37,299 nucleotides of DNA, taken from Ktedonobacterales bacterium. Its GTDB lineage: Bacteria; Chloroflexota; Ktedonobacteria; Ktedonobacterales; JACDGC01. Shown one piece after another: positions 6,925 to 14,764 of this stretch; position 1 is the first letter of the stretch, and each line of letters begins with the position of its first letter. The notes under the pieces are model-generated. The model was not told the origin of the DNA, searched no databases, and worked only from the letters and a program-made list of their open reading frames with translations. Position numbers and translations under genes: made by a program. The stretch lies in NCBI GenBank assembly GCA_038234855.1, contig JBBQSR010000001.1:1-37299 (forward strand), in the 5' to 3' direction.

Positions 6925-8541
6925 TCAGTGCGCCGCCACGCTCGGCTGTGCCGCCGTCCCACCAGGGGAGGCGGGGGCCGCGCTCCGCCGCGCGGTGGAT
7001 TCCCATTTGCCTGGCCAGCCCGGCAGGAAGGCCGACAGCACCGTCGCCACCATCGCGATGATGAAGGTCGCCAGGTACGCATGCTGCAAGCCCGTGATGT
7101 ATTGGCTCTGGAAGTTATGGATGGCCGCCAGGATCGCCTGCTGCTGGGCCGGGGGCAGCTTCGCGATGTCGCCGCTCGACGGGATGTTATTTGGGATCTT
7201 GATGGTGATGGCCGTCGTGAGGATGGTCGCCAGCACCGCGACGCCGATGGACTGCATCGTCTGCCGCGTGGCCTGCACCAGCGGGGTCGCGCGGTTCAGG
7301 CGGGCGGGCGGCACATCGCGCAGCGCCGCCACCTGGCTGTTTTGGATGATCAAGCCGATGGCGATGCCGCGCAGCACCAGCAAGAAGCCGATGTATTTGA
7401 GGTCTGTGTTCAGCTTGATCTCCGACAATTGATAGGTGTTGAAGGCGATCAAGAGGAAGCCGATGACGATGGGGAGGCGCGGGCCGATGCGGTCCGAGAT
7501 GCGCCCCGCGACGACGGTGGAAACGGCGGCGGCCAGCGCCAACGGCAGCAGCGTCAACCCCGCCTGAAGGGCCGACTGCCCGCGCAAGATTTGCAGGTAC
7601 AGCGGCAACAGGAACTCCGCGCCGAAAAGCGCGATGGTGCCCACCAGCGCCGCGACATTGGCGATGGCGAAGGTCGGGATGCCGTAGAGCCGCAGATCCA
7701 ACAGCGGTTGCCGCGCCCGCAGCTCGAAGAACGCGAAGACCGCCAGGCTCACGATCCCGATCAGCAGACACAACAGGACGCGCCCGTCGGTCCAGCCCGC
7801 GCCCTGCTCACCAGCAATCGACGCCCCCAGCAAAATGGAGCCGAAGCCCAGCGCCGAGAAGATGATGCCGGGCACGTCCGCCTTGTTGTCGCGCGAGCCG
7901 GGTGTTTCGCGCAGGAAGTTCAGACCGATGGAGATGCCGACCGCGCCAATGGGGATGTTGAGATAAAAGATCCACGCCAGCAGATTGTGGTCGACCAGCA
8001 AGCCGCCCAAGATCGGCCCCATGGCGGGCGCGAAGACCAGCACGATGCCAAAGATGCCGAAGGCCGCGCCGATCTCGCGCGGGGGAAAGGTGCGGAAGAG
8101 CAGCGCCGTCCCCAAGGGCAGCGAGATGCCGCCGCCGATGCCCTGGATCGCGCGGGCGATGATCAGCAACGTCAGCGTCGAAATCTTCAGTCCCCCGATG
8201 TCGGCGCTGAAGTCGATGGCGGTGGCGACGCCGCACAGCAGCGAGCCGATGACGAAGAGTGCCAGCCCCCCCAGGTAGATGCGTTTGACGCCGAAGCGGT
8301 CGCCCAAGAAGCCCGAGAGCGGTGTGGCGATGCCCAGCGCCAGGGTATAGAGGCTGATGACCCACTGCGCCTCGTTGGTGGTGACGTTGTAATGCTGTTG
8401 CAGGGTCTTGAGCGCGACATTGATGACGGTGGAGTCGAGGATGACCATAAACAGGCCCACGACCACCGACACGAGGACGCGCCATTTGTAATTGGCATCG
8501 GTTCCCGCTGGAACGGCTCCCGGTGCTGCGCTTGTTGCCAT
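6925..8541 (-). CDS. MFS transporter, DHA2 (EmrB/QacA, 14-TMS) drug-efflux family
   Basis: 538 aa. N-terminal motif WRVLVSVVVGLFMVILDSTVINVALKTL and about 14 hydrophobic helices. RBS AGGGAG lies 8 nt before the ATG. Sits downstream of a TetR gene. Confidence 0.9.
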   Translation of the reverse strand: MATSAAPGAVPAGTDANYKWRVLVSVVVGLFMVILDSTVINVALKTLQQHYNVTTNEAQWVISLYTLALGIATPLSGFLGDRFGVKRIYLGGLALFVIGSLLCGVATAIDFSADIGGLKISTLTLLIIARAIQGIGGGISLPLGTALLFRTFPPREIGAAFGIFGIVLVFAPAMGPILGGLLVDHNLLAWIFYLNIPIGAVGISIGLNFLRETPGSRDNKADVPGIIFSALGFGSILLGASIAGEQGAGWTDGRVLLCLLIGIVSLAVFAFFELRARQPLLDLRLYGIPTFAIANVAALVGTIALFGAEFLLPLYLQILRGQSALQAGLTLLPLALAAAVSTVVAGRISDRIGPRLPIVIGFLLIAFNTYQLSEIKLNTDLKYIGFLLVLRGIAIGLIIQNSQVAALRDVPPARLNRATPLVQATRQTMQSIGVAVLATILTTAITIKIPNNIPSSGDIAKLPPAQQQAILAAIHNFQSQYITGLQHAYLATFIIAMVATVLSAFLPGWPGKWESTARRSAAPASPGGTAAQPSVAAH

Positions 8542-8552
8542 TGCTTCGCTCC

Positions 8553-8568
8553 CTTATCGCGTGATAAA
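8553..8568 (-). promoter_or_regulatory. candidate TetR operator (TTTATC-N4-GATAA palindrome) just upstream of the efflux gene
   Basis: The minus strand reads TTTATCACGCGATAAG, immediately downstream of a -10-like TTATCAT (8568-8574). Near-identical to the palindrome at 9264-9279. Confidence 0.5.
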
Positions 8569-8592
8569 TGATAACGGCGTTGGTGCGCCTTT

Positions 8593-9231
8593 TTATGCGG
8601 TGCTGGTTGGCCGCGTGACCATGCCATAGATCAACACGTTCACCACCGCGTCGGGCGCTTCGTGGATGAGGTCGTGGTGCGTCCCTTGTCCCTCGCCTTG
8701 CGTGGGAAAGTTCGAAACCGCGCTCAGCAGCAGATAGGTCGCCATGCGCGGCGAAACGCCACTGACCGTGGGGGAGGCCAAGAAGCCATCGCGGATGCCC
8801 TCCTCGAAGATCCCCATGATCGGCGCGAGGATGCTGGCGCGAAAGATCTCGCTCAGTTCGGCGCGTGTCGCGGGCTGCACCTCGTGCTGCATCTCATGGA
8901 TGTGCAGGCCAAAGTTCATCTGCTGCGCCTGCCGCAGATAGGCCACTACATGCCGCAACCGCTCCAGCACGGATTCGCTTTGTCGCGCGGCGATGCGTTC
9001 GAGCGCTGCGCGACAGGTAGCGGCGTAGTCACGCTGCACTTCGAGATAGAGCGCCTCTTTATCGACGAAATGATAGTAGATCAGCGGCTGTTTGACGCCG
9101 CTGGCCTCGGCCACCATCCGTGTCGTCACCGCGCGAAATCCCTGCTCCATGAAGAGTTGGCGGGCCGCACGCAAGATGGCGGAACGCGTCTCTTCGTGGT
9201 CGGCACGGGGAACGAGCGGCGGTCGGGGCAT
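8593..9231 (-). CDS. TetR/AcrR-family transcriptional repressor
   Basis: N-terminal HTH: ILRAARQLFMEQGFRAVTTRMVAEASGVKQPLIYYHFVDKEALY. 212 aa. RBS GAGGAGG lies upstream. Confidence 0.9.
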   Translation of the reverse strand: MPRPPLVPRADHEETRSAILRAARQLFMEQGFRAVTTRMVAEASGVKQPLIYYHFVDKEALYLEVQRDYAATCRAALERIAARQSESVLERLRHVVAYLRQAQQMNFGLHIHEMQHEVQPATRAELSEIFRASILAPIMGIFEEGIRDGFLASPTVSGVSPRMATYLLLSAVSNFPTQGEGQGTHHDLIHEAPDAVVNVLIYGMVTRPTSTA

Positions 9232-9263
9232 CGTGTGATAGGTCCTCCTCTGTGGCGCACGTC

Positions 9264-9279
9264 TTTATCTCTTGATAAA
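9264..9279. promoter_or_regulatory. candidate TetR operator (TTTATC-N4-GATAAA perfect palindrome) in the tetR promoter region
   Basis: TTTATCTCTTGATAAA. Flanked by TTGACT on the minus strand (revcomp of 9291-9296) and abutting a perfect TATAAT on the plus strand (9280-9285). Confidence 0.5.
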
Positions 9280-9467
9280 TATAATGCGGCCAGTCAAGGG
9301 TGCCTCACAAGGCTCGCCCACCGACCATTTTACGTGCGCCATATCGCGGCTCGCAACTGGGGGGTGGGATAGTGCGCGGCTTGCGCGGCCATGGCGTGTG
9401 TGGTGCTTGGGGAGCCAGCTTCATTTGTCATGCGTGCGTGGGTGCGCGCGGTTTCTGCCAGATAGCA

Positions 9468-9695
9468 CAAACGGCGAGATCGTCTAAACGATCTCGCCGT
9501 GCGATGATGAGGACCAAAAGAAAAAAAACGAGAGACAGCACCGCAGCCCAACAACCCTACTGCAACAACCACCCACGCTACGGACTATCTCTCAAAGGCT
9601 CGCCACATTCCAAACGAAGTGTTCACGACCACCACACACACCCAGCCACAACCACCACCACCAGCTTCACAGCCAGCACACCACCTCGGGGAACT
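9468..9695 (-). ncRNA. candidate GU-rich small RNA (hypothetical)
   Basis: Minus-strand extended -10 TGCTATACT (revcomp of 9702-9710). It is followed by about 200 nt that is almost G-free on the plus strand, i.e. GU-rich on the minus strand (GGTGGTGGTGGTTGTGG, GGGTGTGTGTGGTGG). Then come a T8CT4 run and a perfect 13-bp hairpin (9471-9500). No credible ORF. Confidence 0.25.
9471..9500. terminator. perfect 13-bp stem hairpin in the non-coding gap
   Basis: ACGGCGAGATCGT-CTAA-ACGATCTCGCCGT. On the minus strand it is followed by TTTGTGCTAT. Confidence 0.45.
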
Positions 9696-9784
9696 GTTTA
9701 GAGTATAGCACACCTTCCCCCCGAAAACCATGGACGTTTAGTCAGATTGGGCAAATTTTCCGCAAGTTCGTCCAGTTTGCCAAG

Positions 9785-9830
9785 AAAGTGGGACGATTCC
9801 CCCGATATTTTAGGGAAATCGCCCCACTTT
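9785..9830 (-). terminator. terminator-like hairpin downstream of the MCP gene
   Basis: Imperfect inverted repeat AAAGTGGGACGATTCCC / GGGAAATCGCCCCACTTT, 30 nt past the TAA at 9860-9862. The stem ends in CTTTCTT on the minus strand. Confidence 0.5.
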
Positions 9831-9859
9831 CGCGCGTTATGTCAAATCAATGCCGCGAG

Positions 9860-12121
9860 TTAGGCGGCGTGACGGCGGCGCTGCGTCGACTGTCCCTTCT
9901 GCGCGTGGATGCCGCCACGCGGGGGGGCACCCGTCGCGTCTTCCAACTGGAAGACGTCTACGGCCTGGCTCAGGCTCGACGCCAACTCGCTCAGCGTCTG
10001 CGTCGCGGCGACCGTCTCTTCTACCTGGGCCGCCATCTCCTCGGTCGCGGCAGAGACTTCCTCGGCGGCGGCGCTATTTTCCTCGCCGACGCTGGCGACG
10101 ACGTTGATCGCCTGGCTGATGTGCTCGGTGCTCTGCACCATCTCTTGCGCCTGGGCCTCGGTGCGGGCGACGCGCGCCACGCCTTCTTCCACCTGGGTCA
10201 CGCCCAGCTCCATCGCCTCCACCGCCAGGGTGGTTTCGCGCTGCGTCTCGCGGATGATCTCTTCGATCTCCTTGGTGGCGGAGGCGGAACGCTCGGCGAG
10301 CTTGCGCACCTCGTCGGCCACCACCGCGAAGCCACGCCCGTGCTCGCCCGCCCGTGCCGCCTCGATGGCGGCATTCAGCGCCAGCAGGTTGGTTTGGCCA
10401 GCCAACTCATCGATGGTCTGGATGATCTGCCCAATCTCTTGCGAGCGTTTGCCCAGTTGGCGGATGCGCTCAGAGGTGAGGCTGACGCTGCCCTTGAGGG
10501 CATCCATCGTCTGCATTGTTTCCAGCGATTCCGTCTGGAGCGCGGTGCTCTGCTGGGCAAGCTGCTCGATCTCTTGGGCGGCCTCAGCGAGCTGAGCGCT
10601 CTGGCTCTGCGCGCCCGTGGCGACCTGCTGAATGGTCTGGGCCACCTGCTCGGTCGCGTGGCCCGACTGTTCGGCGGCCTCGACGATCTGGTGCGACGCG
10701 GTGGCGACGCCCGCGCTCATCTCGTGCACATGGCCCACCAAGGTGCGCAGATTTTCGATCATCACATTCAGCGCCTTCGCCATGATGCCCGCCTTGGGGT
10801 TGCCCTCATAGCGCGACATCATGTAGTCGATGCGGGCCAGGTCGCCATCGCCGACGCGCTGCGCGATCTCGGCATACTCGATCTGGCGATGGACGATCTT
10901 GTTGAGCGATTTCGCCAAGATGCCCTTTTGCGGGTCGCTGGCGTAGCGCGCCTCGATGGCATCGATGGGGGACAGTTCGCCATGGGCGAGCAACTCAGCC
11001 GATGCGACGAGTTCGCGCAGATTGTCGGTCATCTTCACCAGCGACTTCGCCAGTTCGCCGGTCGACTTGGGCTTGCCCTCGTAGCGTGCCGAGATGTATG
11101 CCAGGTCAGGCACTTCGCCATCACCGATGCGGTGGGCCAACTCGGAATATTCTTGCTGGCGATGGATGATCGTGTTGAGCGACTTCGCCAAGATGCCCTT
11201 TTGCGCGTCATTGGCGTAGCGCGCCTCGATGGCATCGATGGGATGCAATTCCCCCTCGGCGAGGTGGTTCGCGCTGGTGACCAATTCGCCCAGGTTCGTC
11301 AGGAACCGCTGGAAGGCGAGCGTCACCTGGCCCATCTCGCTCTGCCCGCCATAGCGCGCTACCACGTCATCTATGGTGAATTGTTCACCGTCCGCCACGC
11401 GGTTGGCGATGGCGCTCAGCTCGCTCAGCGGGCGCGCGAATTGGCGAGCGATGACGAACCCGAGCAGGATCGCCAGCCCGCTGGCCAGCACCAGGACGAT
11501 GGCCAACGTCCACCGGAGTCGCGCGAACGTGTTGAGCGCATCGGCCCGCGCGGCATCGGCGCTCTGCTGGTCGAGCGTTACCAGCGTGTTGAGGTCGCGG
11601 CTCAGGGCATCGCCCTGGGGAATCAGCTTGGTGCGCAGTAGGTTCGCCAATTGGGCGTTGGCGTTACTCGTCGTGGACGACACGAGCGGTGTCAGATCGC
11701 TGAGGGTCGTGAGCCAGCCGGTCAGGCTCGTCTGAAAATCGCTGACGCCCTGCTGCTGCTGTGCGCTGTGCGCGAGGGCCTGGTACGTCGCGAAATCGCT
11801 CGTAAGCTGTTGCTTGTCCGTCTCGACTAATTTCATATCCGCCGCCGTCGCGGTGGAGTCGGCGTCCAGGGCGGCCTGGCGGAAGTCGCGGCCCGTCTTG
11901 TAGATGTCTGCGCGGGTCTGGGTCAGCGCTCTGACGCCCGGCAGGTTGCGATCCGTGATCTGGGTGGTTTGGCCAGCCATCTGGCTCATGCCCCAGATGC
12001 CGATGCCGCCGACCACCACCATGAAGGCGCAGGTCACCAGGAATGCCCCGATCAGCAGGGGTTGGGTGCGGACGTTTCGGAGGCTGGATCCGTTGCCAGG
12101 GGTCGTGAGTGTGGGAGTCAT
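9860..12121 (-). CDS. methyl-accepting chemotaxis protein: 4HB-type sensor, poly-HAMP array, MA signalling domain
   Basis: Signalling hairpin [37 protein letters not shown]-terminal TM, periplasmic helical region, second TM. Five HAMP-like repeats. ATG 12121 has GAGG 6 nt upstream; an in-frame ATG at 12133 is the alternative start. Confidence 0.9.
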   Translation of the reverse strand: MTPTLTTPGNGSSLRNVRTQPLLIGAFLVTCAFMVVVGGIGIWGMSQMAGQTTQITDRNLPGVRALTQTRADIYKTGRDFRQAALDADSTATAADMKLVETDKQQLTSDFATYQALAHSAQQQQGVSDFQTSLTGWLTTLSDLTPLVSSTTSNANAQLANLLRTKLIPQGDALSRDLNTLVTLDQQSADAARADALNTFARLRWTLAIVLVLASGLAILLGFVIARQFARPLSELSAIANRVADGEQFTIDDVVARYGGQSEMGQVTLAFQRFLTNLGELVTSANHLAEGELHPIDAIEARYANDAQKGILAKSLNTIIHRQQEYSELAHRIGDGEVPDLAYISARYEGKPKSTGELAKSLVKMTDNLRELVASAELLAHGELSPIDAIEARYASDPQKGILAKSLNKIVHRQIEYAEIAQRVGDGDLARIDYMMSRYEGNPKAGIMAKALNVMIENLRTLVGHVHEMSAGVATASHQIVEAAEQSGHATEQVAQTIQQVATGAQSQSAQLAEAAQEIEQLAQQSTALQTESLETMQTMDALKGSVSLTSERIRQLGKRSQEIGQIIQTIDELAGQTNLLALNAAIEAARAGEHGRGFAVVADEVRKLAERSASATKEIEEIIRETQRETTLAVEAMELGVTQVEEGVARVARTEAQAQEMVQSTEHISQAINVVASVGEENSAAAEEVSAATEEMAAQVEETVAATQTLSELASSLSQAVDVFQLEDATGAPPRGGIHAQKGQSTQRRRHAA
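10720..11270 (-). repeat. internal tandem duplication (273-bp period) inside the MCP gene
   Basis: GTTGAGCGAyTTCGCCAAGATGCCCTTTTGCG...GCGTAGCGCGCCTCGATGGCATCGATGGG occurs at 10901 and 11174. It encodes two 91-aa di-HAMP-like units ([21 protein letters not shown]...). Confidence 0.8.
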
Positions 12122-12164
12122 CGAAAACCTCATGTATGCATGGAGTCGTCATCCATGACAGCAA

Positions 12165-12181
12165 GGGCGCGCGTCGCGCCC
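12165..12181 (-). terminator. GC hairpin after murE
   Basis: GGGCGCG-ACG-CGCGCCC on the minus strand, followed by TTGCTGTC. Lies 65 nt downstream of the murE stop. Confidence 0.35.
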
Positions 12182-12245
12182 CCCGTGTTGCTGTCCTCTA
12201 TCGGCACATGGGCTTATCGCCTGAAGTTCCCTAAATGTGCCCCCG

Positions 12246-13811
12246 CTAGTCCTCGCCTTGCGGGGCGGGCCGGAGGGCGGCCAGGGCCTCGCGCGCGACC
12301 TGGCGGTCGTCCCACGGCAGCGACGCGGTGCCGATGACGATGCTCTGCTCGTGGCCCTTGCCGCACAGCACCACGGTGTCGCCCGTCCTTGCCCGCGCGA
12401 AGGCCAGTGCGATGGCGTCGCGTCGCCCCACCTGCATGGCGAAGTCATCGCCCTCCGTCGCCCCGGCGGCGAGCGCCCCCGCGGCGATCTCGCGCAGGAT
12501 GGTCGCGGCGTCCTCGGTGCGGGGGTCTTCGTCGGTGATGACGAAATAGTCGGCATATTCAGCGGCGACCGCGCCCATCTCGGGGCGCTTGGTGTGGTCG
12601 CGGTCGCCCGCCGAGCCAAAGACGGCGATGAGCCGCCCGCGCGTGAGCGGGCGCAGCACCGTCAGCACCTGGCGCAGACTTTCCGCCGTGTGGGCGTAAT
12701 CGACGATCACGGTGAAGTCTTGCCCCGCCGCGACGCGCTCCATCCGCCCTGGTACGCCGCCAAAGTCGGCCAGCGCGCGGGCCATCTGCGCAGGCGTGGC
12801 CCCTTGGCTCCAACACGCGGCGATGGCGGCCAGGCAATTCGCCACGTTGAAACGGCCCACCAGCGGCGATGCCACCGGGAAGGTCGCGCCATCGGGCAGC
12901 GTCACGTCGAAGCGGTTGCCGTCAGCGCGCAGGTCCAGGTGCCGCGCGTTGACATCTGCCCCCGGATTATCGATGCCATAGGTGAGGATGGGCGCGCGAC
13001 AAAAGCGGCTGAGGTAGGCATAGCTCGCGTCATCGGCATTCAGCACGCAGACGCGCGGCACGATGAAAGGCGGGCCTGGCTCCTTGGTTTGCTGCGGATC
13101 GACCCGCTCAAAGAGCATCGCCTTCGCGCGCCAATATGCCTCTTTGCTGCCAGGCACTTCGAGATGTTCGCTGGTGATGTTCGTCACCACCGCCACGTCA
13201 TAGGCGATGCCCGCCAGTCGCTCTAGCTCTAGCCCGCTGGAGGTCGATTCGATGACGGCGTAATCGACGCCGCCCGCCACCATCTGCGCCAGCACGTCTT
13301 GCAGTTCGGGCGCTTCGAGGTTGGTGAAGCGTGTCTCGTTCGCGATGCGCCGGGGACCGATCTTGAAATCGACCGTGCTGGTGAGGCCACTGGTGTGCCC
13401 GGCTTCGTCCAAGATGGCGGCGATGAGGTTGACGGTGCTGGTCTTGCCATCCGTGCCGGTCACGCCGATGACGGCCATCCGCCGCGAGGGCTGGTCCGCG
13501 AGGGCACAGGCCAGCAGCCCCAGCGCCCGCGCGGGAAGGTCGACGCGCAGGTAGCCGACCCCCTCGGGCAGCGCCAGCGCGGCTCGCTCGGGCGACCCCA
13601 CGATCACGCTCGCCCCGCGCGCCACGGCCTCCGCGATGTAGGCGTGCCCATCGGCGCGGTGGCCGGGCCGCGCCACGAAAAGCGCCCCCGGCACCACCGC
13701 CTGGGAGTGATAGGTGATGGCCGTCACCTCGACCGTGTCCGAGCGCGGTCCGTCATAGGTGAAGGTGATGTCCGCGTGGTCAAAGCCGCGCAACAGTTCA
13801 GCGAGACGCAT
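12246..13811 (-). CDS. murE: UDP-N-acetylmuramoyl-L-alanyl-D-glutamate--diamino-acid ligase (MurE)
   Basis: 521 aa. Mur-ligase P-loop GVTGTDGKTST, DYAHTAESL, and a C-terminal specificity region ITDEDPRTED (canonical meso-DAP enzymes have DDNPRTE). Confidence 0.9.
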   Translation of the reverse strand: MRLAELLRGFDHADITFTYDGPRSDTVEVTAITYHSQAVVPGALFVARPGHRADGHAYIAEAVARGASVIVGSPERAALALPEGVGYLRVDLPARALGLLACALADQPSRRMAVIGVTGTDGKTSTVNLIAAILDEAGHTSGLTSTVDFKIGPRRIANETRFTNLEAPELQDVLAQMVAGGVDYAVIESTSSGLELERLAGIAYDVAVVTNITSEHLEVPGSKEAYWRAKAMLFERVDPQQTKEPGPPFIVPRVCVLNADDASYAYLSRFCRAPILTYGIDNPGADVNARHLDLRADGNRFDVTLPDGATFPVASPLVGRFNVANCLAAIAACWSQGATPAQMARALADFGGVPGRMERVAAGQDFTVIVDYAHTAESLRQVLTVLRPLTRGRLIAVFGSAGDRDHTKRPEMGAVAAEYADYFVITDEDPRTEDAATILREIAAGALAAGATEGDDFAMQVGRRDAIALAFARARTGDTVVLCGKGHEQSIVIGTASLPWDDRQVAREALAALRPAPQGED

Positions 13812-13912
13812 GAGGGCGAGTGATCCTTTTTCCCGTGATGCGTCTATGATAACCGATCAGGGCATGAAATGCGAGGGCGATGGTGATGCCAGCACCCCAA
13901 TCGCCCCACACG

Positions 13913-14512
13913 TTACCGCTGCGTCTTGCCCCGTCCGAGCAGGAACCACGCCCCCGGCAGGATGATCACCGCCAGCACCAGCTTGATGGCGTCGACGGCG
14001 AGGAAGGGTTCGACTCCGCCCTGATAGGCCACCGAGAACGACAGGTGCAGAGTTCGCATCAGCCAGGCGACGCCCAGCGCGTAGATGACCAGATTACCCA
14101 GCACCATCGCCAGCGCCATCAACCAGGGGGTGCGGTCCCAGCCGCGCTCGGCCAGCCAGCCCACCAGCGTCGCCGCCACGATGAAGCCGACCAGATAGCC
14201 CCCCGTCGGTCCCGTCAGCCGCGCCAGCCCGCCGCTGCCCGCCGCGAAGAACGGCAACCCCGCCAGGCCCGCCACCACATAGGTCAGCAGCGCCAGCCCG
14301 CCACGTCGCCAGCCCAGCGCCGCACCCACCAGCAGCACGCCCAGCGTCTGTCCGGTGTGGGGCACCGGCACCTGATGGTCTGACAGTTGCGCCAGCGCCG
14401 CCACCGCCGCCGCACCGCCCAGCACCAGCAGTCCGTCGCGCAATAGCCCCACCTGTTGTGCCTGGGGACGGGGAAACACGAGATCCGCGAAGGTTCGCGT
14501 CGTTGTAGCCAT
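13913..14512 (-). CDS. bioY: biotin transporter S-component BioY
   Basis: 199 aa from ATG 14512, with AAGGAG 13 nt upstream. Contains VPVPHTGQTLGVLLVGAALG and GPTGGYLVGF, the typical BioY motifs. The longer 390-aa track ORF is an upstream read-through artefact. Confidence 0.9.
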   Translation of the reverse strand: MATTTRTFADLVFPRPQAQQVGLLRDGLLVLGGAAAVAALAQLSDHQVPVPHTGQTLGVLLVGAALGWRRGGLALLTYVVAGLAGLPFFAAGSGGLARLTGPTGGYLVGFIVAATLVGWLAERGWDRTPWLMALAMVLGNLVIYALGVAWLMRTLHLSFSVAYQGGVEPFLAVDAIKLVLAVIILPGAWFLLGRGKTQR

Positions 14513-14553
14513 GAAAGCGAGAAGCTCCTTTACGATAATTGCCGAAGCACGAG

Positions 14554-14559
14554 CATTAT
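14554..14559 (-). promoter_or_regulatory. -10 box TATAAT for bioY
   Basis: The minus strand reads CTGCGCTATAATGCTCG, about 40 nt upstream of the bioY ATG. Confidence 0.4.
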
Positions 14560-14764
14560 AGCGCAGGAATCGCCCGACCGCTATCCGCGTCGCGATGAGG
14601 CGACGGGCGCGCCGTGGCGAGTCCGCGTGTGGGGGCGTCCGTCGCCGTGCCCGCCTGGCATGGCGGGTTGGGTGAACTTTTCGCTCGCCCTGCCGATCAA
14701 GTGATGCATCGCACGTTAATGCGCGACGGATCGCCCGCACCACACCGAATAGAGGAGTCAGGGC

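Noticed and set aside
9300-9701. 133-aa ORF (and 9272-9487, 9330-9572) inside the 630-bp gap as protein-coding genes.
   Set aside because: They have no RBS and odd composition (Thr/His/Pro runs produced by the CA-rich tract). They cross the hairpin and the poly-A run. The region is better explained as non-coding.
9788-11641. 617-aa plus-strand ORF antisense to the MCP gene. Similar long shadow ORFs occur at 1271-1972(-), 2339-3241(-), 4350-5366(-), 5335-6546(-), 6186-7082(-), 6928-8571(+), 12237-13226(+), 15224-15904(-), 17167-18531(-), 18522-19502(-), 19644-21062(-), 23004-24533(+), 25911-26822(-), 29847-30446(+), 34521-35456(+) and 35756-36553(-).
   Set aside because: Their products are Arg/Gly/Asp/His/Pro-rich low-complexity sequence without motifs. 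Each lies exactly opposite a gene with clear family signatures. Stop-poor antisense frames are expected in DNA this GC-rich.
12122-12133. ATG 12133 as the MCP start, and TGCATACAT (minus strand) just upstream as its promoter.
   Set aside because: The GAGG that would serve as an RBS lies between ATG 12133 and ATG 12121, which favours 12121. The -10-like element is too close to either start for a leadered mRNA. This stays an open alternative.
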